A stretch of 64,000 bases of DNA, from assembly GCA_034189385.1 (NCBI GenBank), contig JAXHVD010000002.1, positions 128,001-192,000 on the forward strand. Reading direction: 5' to 3'. The DNA comes from Thermodesulfobacteriota bacterium. GTDB lineage: Bacteria; Desulfobacterota; Desulfobacteria; Desulfobacterales; C00003060. Position 1 is the first letter of the stretch. The number at the start of each line of letters is the position of its first letter. The notes under the pieces are model-generated. The model was not told where the DNA came from, made no database searches, and saw only the letters and a list, made by a program, of their open reading frames with translations. Made by a program: the position numbers and the translations under genes. This document shows, in pieces, positions 41,426-49,997 of this stretch.

Positions 41426-41596
41426 TTTTCCGCATTCGTAAGATGAAGAGAGAGTCAAGAGACGCATCCAGGTGCAGCTCGGGGCCTGTGTCACCAATTG
41501 CAGGTCCAGAATGCTGGGCGTCTGAGGGTATATTGACGTGAGAATGCGAAGGGTTCCAGGCAGGGCGCTGGCAGCTCTTTTCCTTCACCAAAGGGG

Positions 41597-43909
41597 GTGT
41601 CACAGGTGAGCGAGCATATAAAATGTTGGGAATTTTTCGAATGTCAGCAGATCGATTGCCCTGTTTATAAGGCAAAGGAGGAGAAGTGTTGGCTCGTCTC
41701 AGGGACGTGTTGTCGAAATGAGAACCAGGGAAAATTCCTGGAAAAGATAGAGCTGTGCCTGGACTGTGAGCCCTTTAAGAGAAATGTCGATCTTGAGTCG
41801 CTGGAAGAGACACTTCAGTCGGTCAATGAGCAGTTCACCGAGTTCAGGGCCATGGTTGACGAGCGAGACAGGGAGTTGGAAGAGACAAGTATGGAGTTGG
41901 CCTTGGGCCTGTCAGAGGTCTTCGAGGCACTGAAAAACATTGCCTCAGGAAACCCTGCAGTCAGACTTTCTGAGGGCTCGCAACTGCCGTTGCTTGAAAA
42001 GCTGAAGGAGCTGGTCAACGAGACAGCGAGCAATCTCGGGGAAATCGTTGATCTTTCCCACGAGTTTGCCATGGGCCTCGCCGAGCACTTCGACGCATTG
42101 CACCGGGTCTCAACGGGTGATTTAGACGCGCGGGTGAAAGGAACCTCTCAGGTAGAGCTATTGGAAAGGTTGAAAGAAGTAACGAATGACATGATCCAAA
42201 GTGTGTCAAGAGAGATTTCCAACCGTAAACGGGCAGAGGAGGAACTGCAGAAGGCTCACGACCAATTAGAAAGACGGGTGAAGGAACGGACGATCGACCT
42301 GGTCAAAGCAAACGAAGAATTGAAGCGAGAAGTAGAAAGACGTAAGCGGCGAGATAAGGCACTGAAGATAAGCAATCAACGGTTGCAGGTTGCTTATCAG
42401 CAATCCATCGCCTACGCGTCGAGGCTCACCGAGCAGATTGCTGAACGCAGGAAGGCAGAGGAGGCGCTACGGGAGTCTGAGTCAACATTGCAGTTAATAT
42501 TCAGGACCATACCAACTGGTTTGTTCATGGTCGATTTGGACAAAAAGATCACATACTGGAACAAAGAGGCGGAGAGGATTACGGGGCTGAAGGCAGAGGA
42601 CATTGTAGGCAAGGACTGTATCCTGGCCTTTCAATGTAAGGAATGTAGTTATGATTGTGCCCTTCTCGATGAAACGAAACCAATGCACCAGAAGGAGTCT
42701 ACGATAAATCTTGGTGACAGGGAAATAGTGATTCAGAAGTATGGAGATGTTATTACAGATGCCAAAGGGAAAAAGATTGGTGGTGTGAGAGCCTTCATTG
42801 ACATTACTGAGCGCAAGCGGGCAGAAGCGGCGGTGCGGGAGTCGGAACAGAAGTACATTAGCTTGGTTGAAAATTCGCTAACTGGTATCTACATTGACCA
42901 AGATGGAAGGATTGTATTTGCCAATAACAAATTTGCCGAGATTTACGGCTACCAGAAAAGGGAGTTGATCGGCATAGAGTCCTGGAAGCTGGTGCATCCT
43001 GAGGACCGGGGCTTAACGGCCGAGATGAGGCAAAAGAGGCTAATGGGAAAAGGGGTCCCAGAAGAGTACGACGCCAAGGGTTTGACAAAAGATGGGGAGA
43101 CCATATGGCTTACCAGGAGAAACATCAGAATAGAGTATAAAGGAAGGCCGGCAGTATTGGGTAACGTGGTGGTCATTACCGAGCGCAAGGAGGCAGAAGG
43201 AAAGCTTCTTAGCTATCACGAAAGACTTCGGTCTCTGGCTTCGGAATTGTCCTTGGCCGAGGAGCGCGAGCGGCGCCGTGTCGCAAATGAAGTGCATGAC
43301 CGTATTAGTCAGAACCTGGCTTTTGTAAAGATGAGGTTGGGAACTCTACAGTCATCGACTGCCAGCGGCGGTCTCAAGGAATCAGTGGACGAAATGCTCG
43401 AGCTAATGGATGAGACCATCCAAAACACACGATCCCTTATTTCTGAACTGGGTTCGCCGATTCTCTATGAGCTCGGATTTGTGCCTGCAGTGGAGTGGCT
43501 CACCCAACAAACCCAGAGACAGCATGGCATCGTGGTAGCCTTTCAGGATGACGATAAGCTCAAGCCCCTAAGAGATGATGTCGCTGTCCTCTTATTTCAG
43601 GCAGCGCGCGAGTTGCTGGTCAACATTGTCAAGCACGCCCAAGCGCGCCATGCAAAGGTATCCATTACGAGAGAAAATGATAAGGTGCAAGTGGACGTGG
43701 AAGATGACGGCGTTGGATTCGACTGTGTCGAAATTGGCTCCAGTGTATGCACAAGCGGTGAATTTGGCTTGTTCAGTATCCAGGAGCGATTGTATCCTCT
43801 TGGCGGGCGCATGGACATGGAATCCAAACGCGGTGAAGGGACCCGGGTATCCCTGGTGGCCCCGCTGGAACGTGAGGAAGGACAGAGAGAGGAGAAAGTG
43901 GTGTTATGA
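41597..43909 (+). CDS. Sensor histidine kinase with Cys-rich two-CW N-terminal domain, HAMP-like region, PAS domains and HisKA_3
   Basis: CWEFFEC...CP...CWLVSGTCC...CLDC; ERERRRVANEVHD; DDGVGF. Confidence 0.9.
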   Translation: MSQVSEHIKCWEFFECQQIDCPVYKAKEEKCWLVSGTCCRNENQGKFLEKIELCLDCEPFKRNVDLESLEETLQSVNEQFTEFRAMVDERDRELEETSMELALGLSEVFEALKNIASGNPAVRLSEGSQLPLLEKLKELVNETASNLGEIVDLSHEFAMGLAEHFDALHRVSTGDLDARVKGTSQVELLERLKEVTNDMIQSVSREISNRKRAEEELQKAHDQLERRVKERTIDLVKANEELKREVERRKRRDKALKISNQRLQVAYQQSIAYASRLTEQIAERRKAEEALRESESTLQLIFRTIPTGLFMVDLDKKITYWNKEAERITGLKAEDIVGKDCILAFQCKECSYDCALLDETKPMHQKESTINLGDREIVIQKYGDVITDAKGKKIGGVRAFIDITERKRAEAAVRESEQKYISLVENSLTGIYIDQDGRIVFANNKFAEIYGYQKRELIGIESWKLVHPEDRGLTAEMRQKRLMGKGVPEEYDAKGLTKDGETIWLTRRNIRIEYKGRPAVLGNVVVITERKEAEGKLLSYHERLRSLASELSLAEERERRRVANEVHDRISQNLAFVKMRLGTLQSSTASGGLKESVDEMLELMDETIQNTRSLISELGSPILYELGFVPAVEWLTQQTQRQHGIVVAFQDDDKLKPLRDDVAVLLFQAARELLVNIVKHAQARHAKVSITRENDKVQVDVEDDGVGFDCVEIGSSVCTSGEFGLFSIQERLYPLGGRMDMESKRGEGTRVSLVAPLEREEGQREEKVVL

Positions 43910-44562
43910 GCATAAGGGTTCTGCTAGCCGACGACCACACGATCATGCGGTCAGGCCTTCGCTCCTTGCTTGAAAAGGAGTCCGACATGGAAGTTGTTGG
44001 AGAGGCAGACAACGGCCGAAGGACAGTGCAATTGGCCCGGGAGCTCTCTCCGGACGTGGTGATCATGGATATCAGTATGCCCGATTTGAACGGCATCGAG
44101 GCAAGTCGCCAGATTGTTTCCGACGTGCCTGACGTGAAGGTGGTGGCCCTGTCCATGCATTCGGACGAGCAATTTGTTGCGCAAATGCTCGATAGCGGTG
44201 CAACTGGCTATCTGCTGAAGGACTGTGCCCTTGAGGAATTGTGTCGCGCCATCCGCGTCGTGGTTGCGAACAAGAGCTATCTGAGCCCCGGGATAGCAGG
44301 TGTCGTTGTTGAAACCTACCGGCGGCGTGAACGGGCAAGGGGCGAACCTCGCCGTTTCCGCGAGCTGACGCCCAGGGAACGGGAGGTCCTTCAGCTTGTG
44401 GCCGAAGGCAAGAGTTCCAAGGAGATCGCCTCCCTTCTCCATGTGAGCATAAAGACGGTAGAGGCCCATCGCCACCAAATGATGGATAAATTGAATATTC
44501 GCAGTGTAGCCGAGCTCACCAAGTATGCGATTCGCAAAGGAATAACCTCTCTCGATACCTGA
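43906..44562 (+). CDS. NarL/FixJ family response regulator (copy 2)
   Basis: Near-identical to 40304-40957. Confidence 0.95.
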   Translation: MSIRVLLADDHTIMRSGLRSLLEKESDMEVVGEADNGRRTVQLARELSPDVVIMDISMPDLNGIEASRQIVSDVPDVKVVALSMHSDEQFVAQMLDSGATGYLLKDCALEELCRAIRVVVANKSYLSPGIAGVVVETYRRRERARGEPRRFRELTPREREVLQLVAEGKSSKEIASLLHVSIKTVEAHRHQMMDKLNIRSVAELTKYAIRKGITSLDT

Positions 44563-44607
44563 CCACTCAGTAGCAGGTCAAAGGCAGTCTCAGCTGCTCC
44601 CCTCAAG

Positions 44608-44698
44608 ATCAGTAGTTTCCCCGGCTCGAAATGGGGGTATTTCCAGCCCCAAAATCCGTGATTTCCACAATTGCGCCCTGGTACAATGGGTGTATAAA
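44608..44698 (+). promoter_or_regulatory. Triple-repeat operator plus promoter (island motif copy 1)
   Basis: atcAGTAGTTTCC..aaatgGGGGTATTTCC..aaatcCGTGATTTCC.caaTTGCGC-N16-TATAAA. Confidence 0.6.
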
Positions 44699-44969
44699 AA
44701 GGTAAAGCACGGAAAGGCCAAGGATAATGCCCTAAACCTTGGCAATGATATCTATTTAAATAGGGGGCTTGTCTCAAAAATTCCGTCGCAGCCGATGAAG
44801 AAAGTGCTGTCTAAAGAGGTTGCCCTGAGGGATTGGCTATGGGCTGCAGAGCATGGAATCATCAGCGGAGCGCGGGCAGAAGAAGGGCTTCTCACTTGTG
44901 ATGAAAAACGCCCGTCACGTTGATGGCGGCCCTGAAATACAAGAGGAGAAAGAGGGAGGAAAAGGTGCC

Positions 44970-45623
44970 ATGAGCATAAAGATATTGCTGGCAGACGATC
45001 ATAAGATCATGCGATCAGGCCTCCGCTCCTTGGTTGAAAGAGAACCCGACATGGAAGTGGTAGGCGAGGCAGAGAACGGACGGATGACCGTGCAGTTGGC
45101 CCGAAGACACTCTCCGGACGTGGTCATTATGGATATCGCTATGCCCGATCTAAACGGCATTGAGGCAAGTCGTCAGATTGTCTCCGAAGTGCCTGACGTG
45201 AAGGTGGTGGCCCTATCCATGCATGCAGGGGAGCATTTCGTTTCCGGAATGCTGGGTGCTGGAGCGTCGGGCTACCTTCTGAAGGACTGTGCCCTTGAGG
45301 AATTATGTCTGGCCATCCGCGCCGTGGTTTCGAACCAGAGTTATCTGAGCCCCAAGATTGCAGGGATCGTGGTCAAAGGCTACCGGCGTGAGCTGGAAAG
45401 GGCCGAGCCCTCTAGTCCCTCGGCACTGACATCGAGGGAACGGGAGGTCCTTCAGCTTGTGGCTGAAGGCAAGAGCTCCAAGAAGATCGCCTCCCGCCTC
45501 CACGTGAGCGTGAAGACCATAGAGGCGCACCGCCACCAAATCATGAGTAAGTTGAATCTTCACACTGTGGCTGAGCTTACGAAATATGCCATTGTCCAAG
45601 GGATACTGTGCCTCGAGGCGTGA
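44970..45623 (+). CDS. NarL/FixJ family response regulator (copy 3, no adjacent kinase)
   Basis: MSIKILLADDH; paralog of the two upstream regulators; GGAGG RBS. Confidence 0.95.
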   Translation: MSIKILLADDHKIMRSGLRSLVEREPDMEVVGEAENGRMTVQLARRHSPDVVIMDIAMPDLNGIEASRQIVSEVPDVKVVALSMHAGEHFVSGMLGAGASGYLLKDCALEELCLAIRAVVSNQSYLSPKIAGIVVKGYRRELERAEPSSPSALTSREREVLQLVAEGKSSKKIASRLHVSVKTIEAHRHQIMSKLNLHTVAELTKYAIVQGILCLEA

Positions 45624-45663
45624 CCCCATGGCCACGGGCAGGGTTTACTTGAAGTCTGTGTAG

Positions 45664-45754
45664 ATCAGGCGCTTTCCACTGAGAAAATCAGGTCCTTTAC
45701 GACGAGAAATTGGTAATTCCCATAATTGCATCCTTTTAAAAACCGCGGTAAGCA
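45664..45754 (+). promoter_or_regulatory. Triple-repeat operator plus promoter (island motif copy 2)
   Basis: atcAGGCGCTTTCC..aaatcAGGTCCTTT..aaattGGTAATTCC.taaTTGCAT-N17-TAAGCA. Confidence 0.55.
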
Positions 45755-45862
45755 AAAAAAGAGCCTGGTGCATGTATCTTGTCAAGTCGTTGAAAGGGAC
45801 CTCCACCTCATCTTGGGATCTATCGTTCGGACAGAGGGGACAACAAGGGGCGAGGCTTCACA

Positions 45863-46057
45863 GTGGTAAATACCATCTTAAAGATTCAACATCGTTTTAA
45901 CCCGCTTCACGTATATTGCCGGTTGGTAGAAAGGGGGCTGAATAAGGACTTATCGATATCAATATGTAAGTATTACAGTATCTTCATCTACAGTTGGCTT
46001 GCTTACCTCACTGTCGTGGGGGTAGAGGTTTGCAAGCTTATGAAGCGAGTGAGTTGA
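45863..46057 (+). CDS. Small hypothetical protein (QH.FNPLHVYCRL motif)
   Basis: GTG start after GAGG; lies downstream of the island promoter motif. Confidence 0.6.
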   Translation: MVNTILKIQHRFNPLHVYCRLVERGLNKDLSISICKYYSIFIYSWLAYLTVVGVEVCKLMKRVS

Positions 46058-46229
46058 CCGCCGCCTTGGTCTTGGTCGGCTTTAACATGTGTTCTCTTTG
46101 AAGGCCATTACAGGCCATGCGCGGGAGATTTTCCTTTTTTTTGTGTTTTTTCTATCAAATCATCGTCATCCTCTCTGATCACCTCGCGGCCTATCCTTCA
46201 TACTCGAACACGAACGCCTGCTCCGTGGT

Positions 46230-46280
46230 CTACTATATTTAGTGCCTGCTAACACAGCAAACTACAGTATATAGTTGACA
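46230..46280 (+). promoter_or_regulatory. Tandem NrdR-box-like palindromes overlapping a TTGACA
   Basis: ctaCTATATTTAGtgc (46230) and ctaCAGTATATAGttg (46262), 32 bp apart. Confidence 0.45.
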
Positions 46281-46417
46281 TTGCCTCCTATAGGTGGTAA
46301 CAGGGCCCCAAAAGGGGCCCTTGTGCATAGAAGGCACTTGTCTATGATGGTCAGAGGGCCCCTTTCCCCGCCGATCCAGAGATTTCAGGTCCATGTGAAC
46401 ATTATGAAAATTGAGGG

Positions 46418-46810
46418 ATGGACTACATGATCAAGAGGAAAGAGAGCGTTGAACGAAGGAAAGACAAACGGTTTGAGGTCCAGGAGGGAACCTTTGCGGT
46501 GTTCACACCCCATTTCAGCAATTGGGGGCAAGTGATAGATATAAGCAGGCATGGACTTGCCTTTCGCTATACGGGTAAGGGCCTGCCGAAAAACATGCCA
46601 TCTCAGCTAGGCATATCCATAGCCGATATTGGCTTTTATCTGGGCCGGATGCCATTCAAGGTCATTTCGGATTTTGAAATAGCGAGCGCGGGCTCTCACC
46701 GCTTGTCAATGGCAAGGCAATGTGGGGTGGAATTTGGCGAGCTGACTCCTGGTCAGATATCGCAGTTGGAATTTATTATCTCGAACTACACTCAAACTCA
46801 GGGCTATTGA
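46418..46810 (+). CDS. PilZ domain protein
   Basis: ERRKDKRF (RxxxR), DISRHG (DxSxxG), CGVEF. Confidence 0.85.
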   Translation: MDYMIKRKESVERRKDKRFEVQEGTFAVFTPHFSNWGQVIDISRHGLAFRYTGKGLPKNMPSQLGISIADIGFYLGRMPFKVISDFEIASAGSHRLSMARQCGVEFGELTPGQISQLEFIISNYTQTQGY

Positions 46811-47252
46811 TCTTTTCCATGATCAGCTTGATCACTTCCGGTATTTTGCTTTCGATTTCAGGGCTTAACTCCATCGCTGGGGTGCGAACATCCTTGGGCA
46901 CAACGCCGATAAACAAGGTTTCCGGACACTTGCCACTGGCCTTAATGTCGTCCAGCGTTTCAATGAGATGATATTTGCCTACGTCGGTCACTCCATTGAC
47001 AGTTAATGGAACCTCCCCGGGGCTCAGGCACACAATGGTGCCAGGTTCGGCATCTATTTGAAATACATCGACGACGATCATTCTATCCATGCCGTCAATG
47101 ACGTGTGGAAACTCTGAGGCGGACTCGCCCACTTCTAGACATTCCACGTTTTCAGGAAGATCCATTTGCTCCAAGGCCTTGGACACGTGATAGCCGAACC
47201 CTGTGTCGCAAGTATAGGGATAGCCGGTGCACAAAATCAAAGCACGTTTCAT
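46776..47252 (-). CDS. Divergent hydrogenase maturation protease-like protein
   Basis: HybD/HycI fold pattern (D.G.G..V, IVVD, EPGTI, IGVVP, ELSPEI) with an altered N-terminal motif. Confidence 0.75.
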   Translation of the reverse strand: MKRALILCTGYPYTCDTGFGYHVSKALEQMDLPENVECLEVGESASEFPHVIDGMDRMIVVDVFQIDAEPGTIVCLSPGEVPLTVNGVTDVGKYHLIETLDDIKASGKCPETLFIGVVPKDVRTPAMELSPEIESKIPEVIKLIMEKINSPEFECSSR

Positions 47253-47458
47253 TAATTCCTTCCATCCTTGTGTTGTTCGGTGTAAAAATGGTAGTAGAGC
47301 ATGGGCCAGACATTCCTGTCAACGACTTAGAAGGCTTCACGTAACATGAGATTTGCTGGTTGTCAAGGAAACCGGGCGGTGACAGGCTCAAGGTGTCAAC
47401 ATGAACAAAATCGGCGAGAATACGAAATTTTGAAAACACTTTTTAAGAGGACCTAGAC

Positions 47459-48469
47459 ATGGGAATAGATAAGATTCTTCTGGATCACGGAAGTGGAGGA
47501 AAAGCATCTCATAGCCTGATTGCTGAACTCTTGATCCCCCAGTTCGAAAACCCGATCCTTGCCGCACTGAACGACGGCGCCATCTTTGACATTGAAGCAA
47601 AGCGGCTTGCCTTTTCCACCGATACCTATGTGGTCGATCCGCTATTCTTTCCTGGTGGAAACATTGGAGACCTTGCCGTTAACGGCACCGTCAATGATCT
47701 TGCCATGTGCGGGGCAACCCCCCTTTATCTGAGTGTGGGTCTGATCATTGAAGAGGGCTTTTCCACGACGGACCTGAAAAAGATACTCGAAACAATGAAA
47801 CAAGCGGCAGCCAAGGCCCATGTCCTGATTGTCACCGGCGATACAAAGGTGGTGCCGAGGGGGGTAGCAGACAAGATATTCATTAACACCTCGGGAGTTG
47901 GAGTGATCCCAGAGGAGACAACGATTTCCGGGCACAACGCCCGTCCTGGGGATAAGGTTATCATCAGCGGTACTATTGCGGACCATGGTATTACCGTCCT
48001 GACCCAAAGAGAAGGGATGGCCTTTGAGTCCCCGATCCAAAGCGATACTGCGCCTCTAAACCACCTGGTACGGGAAATGATGGCTTCAAGTGACCAGATT
48101 CACGCCTTAAGAGATCCGACCAGAGGGGGGGTCGGAACCTCGCTGAACGAGATTGCCATCCAGTCCAAGGTGGGAATAGAGATCTACGAGGAAGCCGTCC
48201 CCATGCGAGAAGAGGTTTCAGGAGTATGCGAACTTCTGGGCTTCGATCCCCTCTATATTGCCAATGAAGGAAAACTCCTGTGCTTTGTGGCACCGGACGA
48301 CGCTGAAAAGGTGTTGGCAACGATGAGAGCCAACGAATTCGGAAAAGAAGCCAGTATCATCGGCAGGGTCGTTGCCGATTCTCCGGCCAAGGTCTCTATG
48401 AAAACCCCTATTGGGGGGATCCGAATTGTGGACATGCTTGCGGGAGAACAACTCCCCCGTATTTGCTGA
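47459..48469 (+). CDS. hypE: Hydrogenase maturation protein HypE
   Basis: HGSGG, GTVNDLAM, GDTKVV, RDPTRGG, C-terminal LPRIC. Confidence 0.97.
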   Translation: MGIDKILLDHGSGGKASHSLIAELLIPQFENPILAALNDGAIFDIEAKRLAFSTDTYVVDPLFFPGGNIGDLAVNGTVNDLAMCGATPLYLSVGLIIEEGFSTTDLKKILETMKQAAAKAHVLIVTGDTKVVPRGVADKIFINTSGVGVIPEETTISGHNARPGDKVIISGTIADHGITVLTQREGMAFESPIQSDTAPLNHLVREMMASSDQIHALRDPTRGGVGTSLNEIAIQSKVGIEIYEEAVPMREEVSGVCELLGFDPLYIANEGKLLCFVAPDDAEKVLATMRANEFGKEASIIGRVVADSPAKVSMKTPIGGIRIVDMLAGEQLPRIC

Positions 48470-48699
48470 GTCTTGATGGCATCTTATTCTTCTCCAATCG
48501 GAAAAAATACGCATTATCTGTCCTAAACATGACCAAGTTTGCCGGACAGAGGGATTAGATCCATGGTTTTCCGATGAATAAACCAGTAGTCTTCAGCGCA
48601 AAAATCAGTAATTCTCACAATTGCGCTGGCAGACAGTGAAGCTATGATGAGAGAAGAAAGTAGAGAAATCTTCACATCAGCCATTGACAGACACCATTT

Positions 48700-49041
48700 A
48701 TGCACGAGTTATCGATTACGCAGGGTGTATTGCAAATAGTCCTTGACGAGGCCACCAAGCATTCGATTTCTAAAGTGAGCCTGGTGAAATTGAAGATAGG
48801 AGAGCTCTCGGGCATCGAGACGTCCTCTCTTACCTTCTGCTTTGAACTTCTGACTAAAGATACTCTGGTAGAGGGGGCAGATCTTGAAATAGATGTGGTC
48901 CCTATCAAACGAAAATGCCCCAACTGTCATGAGGTTTTTGAGTGTGATCATTTTTCATTTGTTTGCCCAGCCTGTTCAAGTGTCAACACAGAGCTGATCA
49001 CTGGCAGAGAGCTTTATGTGGAACACATTGAAGGCGAGTAA
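48700..49041 (+). CDS. hypA: Hydrogenase nickel incorporation protein HypA
   Basis: MHE N-terminus, CPNC...CPAC, GREL. Confidence 0.95.
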   Translation: MHELSITQGVLQIVLDEATKHSISKVSLVKLKIGELSGIETSSLTFCFELLTKDTLVEGADLEIDVVPIKRKCPNCHEVFECDHFSFVCPACSSVNTELITGRELYVEHIEGE

Positions 49042-49046
49042 AGAAT

Positions 49047-49292
49047 CCTGGCCCGAAGGACCAGGCTTTGATTTGCCCCTGAAAGGGGCTGTTTTCTGAA
49101 TACTGGACAAGTTCAAAGTGCCTGAAGTGAGCTAAAGTGCCTAAAGTGATGGAAGTCGCTTCGCTCCATTCTTTTATATAATTGGCACAATTCCTTAACT
49201 TTAGCGCACGTTAGTGCACTTAAAACTTTAGGCACTCTTAACGATATTTGGCAAAGCCAGTTTACTCTGACCTGGCCCAAAGGACCAGGTTT
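49047..49292. repeat. Intergenic element: inverted 9-mer arrays flanked by direct-repeat hairpins
   Basis: cctggccc.aaggaccagg at 49047 and 49271; aaagtgcct units versus actttaggc units. Confidence 0.6.
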
Positions 49293-49325
49293 TCTGGGAC
49301 GGAATAAAGAATAGGAGGTCACTGT

Positions 49326-49997
49326 ATGAAGATACCGGTGATAAGAAAAATCTTGGAGGCGAATGATCATATAGCGGAAGAAAACCGAAAGATATTCGCT
49401 GAAAACGGGATTTTCGTTTTGAATCTCATGAGTTCGCCGGGAGCAGGTAAAACATCGCTTCTTGAAAGGACGATAGACGCCCTTCATAAGGATTTGCGAA
49501 TAGGGGTGATAGAGGGAGACGTCCAGACCAGCATTGATGCAAAGAAGATTTCAAAAAAGGGTGTTCCTACGGTCCAGATCAACACCGATGAGGCCTGTCA
49601 TTTAGATGGAAATATGATTAGGGCCACCTTGGATTCCTTTGATCTTAAATCCCTTGATCTTTTGATCATAGAAAATGTTGGCAATTTGGTCTGTCCTGCT
49701 GAATTTGATACAGGAGAAAACCATAAGGTCGTGGTCCTGAGTATCCCCGAGGGAGATGACAAGCCAGCGAAGTACCCTCTCATGTTTCATGAATCAAAGG
49801 TCCTACTGATCAACAAGATAGATCTGGTGCCTTATGTCGACTGTAGCATCAATAAGATTAAGAAATCTGCCCTGAAGATCAATCCTGACCTTGAAATATT
49901 TGAAGTCTCCTGTAAGACTCAGGAAGGCCTTTCCCAATGGTATGAGTGGATAAAGAAAAAGGTTCATGCATACACTCGAAGAAAGTCCAAGAGGTAG
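49326..49997 (+). CDS. hypB: Hydrogenase nickel incorporation GTPase HypB
   Basis: SSPGAGKT, IEGD, CHLD, ENVGNLVCPA, EGDDKP. Confidence 0.97.
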   Translation: MKIPVIRKILEANDHIAEENRKIFAENGIFVLNLMSSPGAGKTSLLERTIDALHKDLRIGVIEGDVQTSIDAKKISKKGVPTVQINTDEACHLDGNMIRATLDSFDLKSLDLLIIENVGNLVCPAEFDTGENHKVVVLSIPEGDDKPAKYPLMFHESKVLLINKIDLVPYVDCSINKIKKSALKINPDLEIFEVSCKTQEGLSQWYEWIKKKVHAYTRRKSKR

